Origin: an uncultured delta proteobacterium
Lineage (GTDB): Bacteria; Bdellovibrionota; FAC87; UBA2466
NCBI GenBank assembly: GCA_963778115.1
Contig: CAVZSV010000004.1
Location: forward strand, 1,312,001-1,376,000
Direction: 5' to 3'
Length of the DNA: 64,000 nt
Position numbers and translations under genes: made by a program. Below are positions 58,200 to 64,000 of this stretch, in pieces. Under the pieces are notes generated by a model. The model did no database searches, was not told the DNA's origin, and saw nothing but the letters and a program-made list of their open reading frames with translations. Within the stretch, counting starts at the first letter, position 1; every line of letters begins with the position of its first letter.

Positions 58200-60512
58200 T
58201 TAATTCGCCGGATTTAAATAGAACGGATACGCCGTGACTTCGGTTACCACAGGGGCTTCCGGTTTGGGGAACTTCCACGTGCGTACTCGCGAGACGATAC
58301 AACCGTCTAGCCCGGAGTCGCCTATGGTGCTCTCCCTTACCGAGGCCGTGATCACATCTCCTTGAGGAGAGATATTGAACGCCACGGAGACCTTTCCGCG
58401 CAGATTGGGATTGCGCTGAAGGGCGGCATCATAACAGGCTCGAATTTCCGAGCGGTGCCGCTGCACTACCGCATTGATCACATCTTTGGGAAGACCAGAT
58501 AGCACTTGGACGTTTTCGGAAACGATGCTGATCGCCGCTTCCCCTTTGATTCCCAGACGCCCTGGACCAGAGATACCCTCTCCGATTCCGTCTCCGTGAT
58601 AGCCTCGTCCTAAACCTTTGGTAGAGGGACCGTCGATACCCACGGTGGTTCCACCACCTCCAACGTCCACCCCTTTTAGCCCTTTTCCGCCGGCTCCACC
58701 CACCTCTTCGATAGATTTGCCGCGAAGGCCACTAACGGCATGGCCGAAATCATCAAAGCCTCCAGGCCCCTCAGGCCCGGTTCCCTTGTCGATCAAAGCT
58801 TGAAGATCTTTTTGGATTCCGCCTGTCGAAAGCGCTTTGAGCAAGCCCACCGATTTGGCTTTGTTTTGATCCACCACTTTGCGTTGGGCTGTCGTGGGTG
58901 CCGAAGTGGGTGCTTTGGCTTTCATGGGTGCTGCCACTTGGGGTTTATTTTTGGGCGTCGACTTCGGCAAAATAGCCTGAGGAATCTCTTTTTTGTCAGC
59001 CAATTCCGGTTTGCCGAGTTTTCCTTCGGGTCCCATGGGTCTGCCACCTTCACCCATGACCGAGCCGCCCTGCTTATTGTCTTCTCCAGGAGCGACAATG
59101 CCGCTCTTAGAAGCAGGCGGAATCTTGGGCCGAGGCTTGATTACAATTTTGGCAAAACGCTCCGGGATCATTTCGATCGTAACCGGCTTTGGCTTAGGAA
59201 CAAAACTTACGCCGACAAAGAACAACAGCAAAAATAAAAAAGAACCAATGGCTGTGCGAAGCAATAGCGGATCTTTGTCGAAAAACGGGGCCGGAAGAAT
59301 CCGGGGTGCTGGCTTTACGTACAGAATGAAAAAGCTGACATTGCCGATGTTTAATTTGGCAAAATCATCTTGTTTAAGACCCAGCACGAAATATTCGGAA
59401 TGACGCTTAATGAACTTTTCGTCTTTGAGCTCACTAATCGTATAGATCTTGTCGCGAGCACGAACCGTACCCGTCATGTCCTTAGTAAAGGCGAGATAGG
59501 CGGTTCCGTCTTCTTCGATCGTTACCAAAGGAAACTCGTCGGGGATTCCGACGTTAGGAATGATATATTGATTACGAGGACTCTCTCCGACGCTGAGTAC
59601 CGTCGGATCTACGTAATTGGAGACATCTAAAATATGATCTCCCCACAAAGCGGTCACTTCGAGTTCCCGCGCATGGTCGGGAGCTGCAAAAGCTTTTTCT
59701 AATTCCTCAGGAAGAATATCGTCATCGGACCGACGCACGCGACGCTCCTCAATTCGGCGTTCAAGACTGGTAATATCAAAAACTCTTCGTTCACCGCGGC
59801 GCCTTTGGCCCACCCGCTTCTCATCCTCGAGAGGGGTTCGGCGATCGGTTCCTTTGCGTCTCTCTTCTTCCTCGGCGGCGAGCTGTTTTTTCGTTTTCTT
59901 CTCAGTTTTCTGATCGGCTTTATGGTCAGCCCTATGTTCCGCTTTCTCGTCGGATTTCTCTGAACTCTTTTCTTCGGTTCTCCGATCGGCAACTCTTTGA
60001 TCGATCCTCCGGTCGCCATCGCGGCGATCGTCTAGGCGCTTCTCTTCAGGAAAAGCGTCGTTCTTCCTTCGGTCAGGCCCCCTGCGATCGGAAGAATCGC
60101 GACTATCCAAAGTGGAACGGTCGATATCGACTTGAGTCTCGCCGCTGTCTACAACACGGCTGGCTAGCGTTTTAGATTGAGCGGTTACAACTCCAGACCC
60201 TTTTTCGAGCTTAAGCTCCGCATACCCAATTCGGATCGTGTCGCCAGGCTTTACCCTGGTCTCGACGATTTTCTCGCCATTTACATAAGTTCCGTGAGTA
60301 CTGGCTAAATCAGTAAGAAGAATACTATCGCCACGAACTTCGATAAGAGCGTGGATTCGAGATACCCTGGGGTCGTCGATTCGTAAGTCCGCCGACAGTA
60401 TCCTGCCCAGAACTATCTTCTCTTTTACGAATTCGCTTGTGTGCACCACTTCACCCGAAGGACCTAGAACGTCCAGACGGATCGGAGTAGTCGAAGTCGC
60501 TTTAGCTTCCAT
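58200..60512 (-). CDS. gltG: Gliding motility protein GltG/PglI-like (FHA-TM-TonB_C)
   Basis: FHA motifs (LGR..SADLRIDDPRVSRIHA, STHGTYVNG), a TM helix, and an AgmX/PglI C-terminal domain (IRACYDAALQRNPNLRGKV..WKFPKP). Operon context agrees. Confidence 0.85.
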   Translation of the reverse strand: MEAKATSTTPIRLDVLGPSGEVVHTSEFVKEKIVLGRILSADLRIDDPRVSRIHALIEVRGDSILLTDLASTHGTYVNGEKIVETRVKPGDTIRIGYAELKLEKGSGVVTAQSKTLASRVVDSGETQVDIDRSTLDSRDSSDRRGPDRRKNDAFPEEKRLDDRRDGDRRIDQRVADRRTEEKSSEKSDEKAEHRADHKADQKTEKKTKKQLAAEEEERRKGTDRRTPLEDEKRVGQRRRGERRVFDITSLERRIEERRVRRSDDDILPEELEKAFAAPDHARELEVTALWGDHILDVSNYVDPTVLSVGESPRNQYIIPNVGIPDEFPLVTIEEDGTAYLAFTKDMTGTVRARDKIYTISELKDEKFIKRHSEYFVLGLKQDDFAKLNIGNVSFFILYVKPAPRILPAPFFDKDPLLLRTAIGSFLFLLLFFVGVSFVPKPKPVTIEMIPERFAKIVIKPRPKIPPASKSGIVAPGEDNKQGGSVMGEGGRPMGPEGKLGKPELADKKEIPQAILPKSTPKNKPQVAAPMKAKAPTSAPTTAQRKVVDQNKAKSVGLLKALSTGGIQKDLQALIDKGTGPEGPGGFDDFGHAVSGLRGKSIEEVGGAGGKGLKGVDVGGGGTTVGIDGPSTKGLGRGYHGDGIGEGISGPGRLGIKGEAAISIVSENVQVLSGLPKDVINAVVQRHRSEIRACYDAALQRNPNLRGKVSVAFNISPQGDVITASVRESTIGDSGLDGCIVSRVRTWKFPKPEAPVVTEVTAYPFYLNPAN

Positions 60513-60575
60513 CGCCTTATCCTAAGAAAGATGAAATTTACGCTTTGAAGCCGTATTCCGGGAACTGCCCGGTGG

Positions 60576-60923
60576 CTATTTGAGCTGACGAGAAGAATCG
60601 ATCACTTCCGCATCGAAATTTTCTCTGATGCGAATAATGCTCTTTCCCTTCACGTCTTTGATGTTCGAGATGTAAGACCCCGAGGGTTTATTATACAAGC
60701 CCTCGATGCTGGCTCCTTCAAAGTCGTAGCTGGTCTTCTTCTTGTATTTGACGGTAGTTCCATCGGACCGCTTTTCGGTAACCATATCGCTATCGTTACC
60801 GGAACTCGCCGATGGAGTTTTCACATCTGATGGCGGCACCGACTTGGGCGTATCCGCATGAGCGAAAGCGCCTAGGACGATTCCGGAGGTGAGAACTATT
60901 TTGGCTAACCCGTTGAAGTTCAT
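60576..60923 (-). CDS. gltF: Gliding motility protein GltF/CglF-like
   Basis: Signal peptide plus KKTSYDFEGASIEG..KPSG..IIRIRENF. Position in the operon agrees. Confidence 0.75.
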   Translation of the reverse strand: MNFNGLAKIVLTSGIVLGAFAHADTPKSVPPSDVKTPSASSGNDSDMVTEKRSDGTTVKYKKKTSYDFEGASIEGLYNKPSGSYISNIKDVKGKSIIRIRENFDAEVIDSSRQLK

Positions 60924-60965
60924 GCTCTCCCTCTTACTCTTACAAAAAAAATCCAGCCATGTGTC

Positions 60966-61829
60966 TTATCGCCAACTTTGAATAATTTCCTGAGCTTTTG
61001 CTGTCTCTTTACCGCCAGATTGTACGTAACGGAGCATCAATTGAGCTGCCTCTTCCTTGCGGTTAAGGCGATTCCCCAACAGCATCGCATCGTTATAGAG
61101 AACGGAATGAGAACCGGGATGGCCCGACATAAAGGCACTATAGACTTGGTTCGCCTCGTCAAACTTGCCCTGCCCTTCGAGGGCGACTCCAAGGCCTAAG
61201 GACGCATCCTCGAAATCCTCATCGAGTCCTCGTGCTTTGACGAACATGGGTTCCGCGGCCGACCAACTATGACTCTGTAAGTAAAGCGCTCCTAGATTCA
61301 CGAAAGGGGCTGCGGTCGCGGGCGAAGCCTTGGTGGCCTTTTCGAAATAATCGATCGCTTTCGGCCGATTGTGATCCTGCAGTGCAATCATCCCCAAATC
61401 ATTGAGTAACAATGAGCGCCACGGAAATTTGTCGTCTTTCTCAAGCTGGGCAAAGAAGTACTGGGCTAGCTCCTTTTTTTGAACTCTCCAATAATGCACC
61501 GCCAGCAGAAAAACGGCACGCTTATCGTTAGGGTTAGCGTCTAAAAAAGCGCGGATCTTCTGTAGAGCGTCGGGATATCGTCCGTCCGCGTCAAGAAGGG
61601 AGATGTATTCCAGATAGGTATCTTCATCATCTACTTTAGGGGGTGATGCTTCTAGCTGCGCTAACCGAGAATCCGCGACAGCGCGATCGGCTTTGTAGTC
61701 TGTCTGATAGTCCCCGTCATACCAAGCGAGATATCTAGCAACTCCCCCGCTCGAGGCATCCTTGTTAGCCACTTGGGAGCTGCTACAACTTGCTAAGAGA
61801 AATCCCAGACCGATTAAAAGATATTTCAT
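60966..61829 (-). CDS. gltE: TPR lipoprotein, GltE/AglT-like
   Basis: LASC lipobox and TPR repeats. Lies between the gltD-like and gltF-like genes. Confidence 0.65.
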   Translation of the reverse strand: MKYLLIGLGFLLASCSSSQVANKDASSGGVARYLAWYDGDYQTDYKADRAVADSRLAQLEASPPKVDDEDTYLEYISLLDADGRYPDALQKIRAFLDANPNDKRAVFLLAVHYWRVQKKELAQYFFAQLEKDDKFPWRSLLLNDLGMIALQDHNRPKAIDYFEKATKASPATAAPFVNLGALYLQSHSWSAAEPMFVKARGLDEDFEDASLGLGVALEGQGKFDEANQVYSAFMSGHPGSHSVLYNDAMLLGNRLNRKEEAAQLMLRYVQSGGKETAKAQEIIQSWR

Positions 61830-64000
61830 TTTTTCGCCACTCCCTCACCCGTCCAACGGGTCGTCCAATAAGAAGGTTGCGGATAGATTCCTTTCGGATC
61901 AGCAATTACAGCAACTTTCGGAGTCGTCTTCTCTACTGGTTTATCGCCTGGTTTAGTTTGAGACTTGTCCGGAGATACTTCAGGCATGTTGCTAGCCGCT
62001 TCCATCTGGGCCAATCTATCACGACATTTCATGGCATATTCATTCGCCACGAAAAACTGTGCCGACTTTGCGGTACACGACTGCAGAAAATCCTTGGCCT
62101 TAGCTTCCACGGGTTTCACGAGCTTATCGTCGAGAGCTTTGAGCTGTTTGTCTAAGACTTGGCGATCGGAGTCTTTATACTTAGCGGGAACTTTCACGTT
62201 GCGAAACGCCGTTACGAAATTCTCGAAAGCGTCGCTTTTTTCATACAGTGCTGCGACACCCCAATCCGGTACCCCCACTTCGACGACGTCATCGTAGCTC
62301 TTGGCCAATTTGGTAAGCAGCTTCTGTTTCCGACTCAAAAGATACATGAGATCTTCGGGCGGGAACCTAAGCGCAATTTTTTCGTACTTTTCTCGTTGCG
62401 CTGACAGTGCTCGAAATTTAGCTTCGGCTACGTACTGAATAGCAGGCCCGGTGGCATTCCAGCCCTTTCGACTGTCATAGAAAGCCCGCATCTCTTTGAG
62501 CACGTTTTCACGATCAGCAACACGACCACCTTTGTCATACTGACGACTCAGCTCTCCCAAATACTCCATTTTCTCCTCTGGAGTTCTGGCTTCTCTCTGC
62601 AATTTACGAAGTACGCTCGCCATCTTCTCCCAGTTACGCTCTTTAGCGTAAATTTTGGCTTCGCTGATTTGAATCGATTTTCTCTCATCCGCCGAAATAT
62701 CCTTACTCTTTAGGTACTCGTCAAAGAGCGACAGCGCTTGTGAATTGTGCTCGAGAAGTTCCGCAAAAACAGCGGCGTTATATAGGGCTTTGTGAGACTC
62801 TTTGTCGTTCGGGAAGCGCGAATGGTAATCGGTATACAATTTTTGAGCCTGCTCAAAGTCATAGCCCTTCTCCGAAGACTGCGCCAAAGCTAACAAGAAA
62901 CGCTTCGTGTAATCTGATTTCGGAAATTTAGCGATGAAGAGCCTGGAAGTCTCTGCCTTTTTCGCCGAATTGTTTGCTTTCTCGTAACTGATGAAAGCAT
63001 TGTAAAGAGACTTTTCCGCGAGAGAAGAATTTGGATTTGCCTTGTAAAAATTGTAGTAACTATCGCCAGCCTCCGACCATTTATTCTGTGCTTCCAAGGA
63101 TTCGATACTCTTGAATCCAATCTCAGCACTGATCTGAGCCATGTCGGCTTTGAAAGCAGCATCCCCGAGCCCGTCCATCCTTGCGAACATCCTCGCGTTC
63201 TGATCGAGTGCCACGTAGTTCTTTTGAATGTTGTAAATATCTAGAACAATATTTGCCGCAGTGGTAGCACTTCGGTGACGAGGATACTTGACTACTATCT
63301 CGCGGAACAACGCCTGTGACTCGTCAAAATGGTGGTACCGATAATAAATGGAAGCTATTCTAAATTTCACATCCACCACACGACTTCCTTGGGGATATTC
63401 CTTAACATAATAATCAGCAACTTCGATAAACCGTTTCTCATCGCTAGGAATGTCTTGCGGCGACGTGTCCACTTTCTTTTGTTCTTCTTTTGAATAACGC
63501 TCTAGGTTGTCATGCTTGGCTGTTAGCCGATCCAATGCGAGAAGAGCATCATAAGCCGATTCATCAGCTAGCTTATCTTTCGGTGGCGTTCGGGCCGCTA
63601 TCATATAAGCATCCGAAGCATCCAGCCATTTCGCTTGAGCGAAGAGAATCTCTCCTCTATAGAATGCCACCTTCTTACGATCGGGGAACTGGGGAAAATA
63701 CGCCAGTAGGGCTTGGTATATTTCCAAAGCGTACCGGTACGAGTTTTTGTTGGAACTCTTCTGGGCAGAATTATGGAAAAAATATCCTTCTCTAGCCGCT
63801 TCCACCGAAAGATCGGTCATTGCGGATTTCGCATCGGCCACTTTCTCTTGCGGCATATTCTTAAACCAATTGGAGTTTGGATTATATTTCGCAAGAGCAG
63901 CCACCATGTTAGTGACCGCTTTCTCTCCGACCCCAAGACGCGACAAACATTCATTCAGCCCCAGGGCAAGTCGGGGAGACTCGGGAGACTCAGGGAACTG
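61826..64000 (-). CDS. gltD: Large TPR protein, GltD/AgmU-like (5' partial)
   Basis: Many TPR-like repeats. The frame is open to base 64000, and the gene is ATGA-coupled to the next one. Confidence 0.7.
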   Translation of the reverse strand, partial: QFPESPESPRLALGLNECLSRLGVGEKAVTNMVAALAKYNPNSNWFKNMPQEKVADAKSAMTDLSVEAAREGYFFHNSAQKSSNKNSYRYALEIYQALLAYFPQFPDRKKVAFYRGEILFAQAKWLDASDAYMIAARTPPKDKLADESAYDALLALDRLTAKHDNLERYSKEEQKKVDTSPQDIPSDEKRFIEVADYYVKEYPQGSRVVDVKFRIASIYYRYHHFDESQALFREIVVKYPRHRSATTAANIVLDIYNIQKNYVALDQNARMFARMDGLGDAAFKADMAQISAEIGFKSIESLEAQNKWSEAGDSYYNFYKANPNSSLAEKSLYNAFISYEKANNSAKKAETSRLFIAKFPKSDYTKRFLLALAQSSEKGYDFEQAQKLYTDYHSRFPNDKESHKALYNAAVFAELLEHNSQALSLFDEYLKSKDISADERKSIQISEAKIYAKERNWEKMASVLRKLQREARTPEEKMEYLGELSRQYDKGGRVADRENVLKEMRAFYDSRKGWNATGPAIQYVAEAKFRALSAQREKYEKIALRFPPEDLMYLLSRKQKLLTKLAKSYDDVVEVGVPDWGVAALYEKSDAFENFVTAFRNVKVPAKYKDSDRQVLDKQLKALDDKLVKPVEAKAKDFLQSCTAKSAQFFVANEYAMKCRDRLAQMEAASNMPEVSPDKSQTKPGDKPVEKTTPKVAVIADPKGIYPQPSYWTTRWTGEGVAKK

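Overview
This is a chromosomal, mostly non-core window of roughly 50% GC (judged by eye). It most likely comes from a Bdellovibrionota-like predatory bacterium, inferred from a TIGR02147 protein, a gltD-E-F-G gliding cluster and many secreted hypothetical proteins. Gene content in order: a flavodoxin-fusion/eutB/eutC/eutA locus; an internally deleted IS110 element; hydrolases and transporters; an NtrC-type regulator; ndh; two adjacent frameshifted genes; rlmN; two ECF sigma modules; an HNH gene; tRNA-Gly(GCC) with a downstream repeat array; a long run of secreted proteins; and the gliding-motility operon, which runs off the window edge. Most notable observations: (1) The IS110 remnant (about 4308-5121) keeps a ~360-bp 3' non-coding region with short internal matches to both its own predicted circle junction and its flanking target, as expected for a bridge/seek RNA. 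(2) Four 203-bp, hairpin-rich tandem units directly follow tRNA-Gly, each ending in a degenerate tRNA 3' end. (3) A perfect 58-bp palindrome. (4) Two secreted protease homologues with substituted catalytic residues. (5) An ECF/anti-sigma/STN-like module. (6) A DRR/ERR repeat insert in GltG. All calls were made by eye from motifs; no database searches were run.
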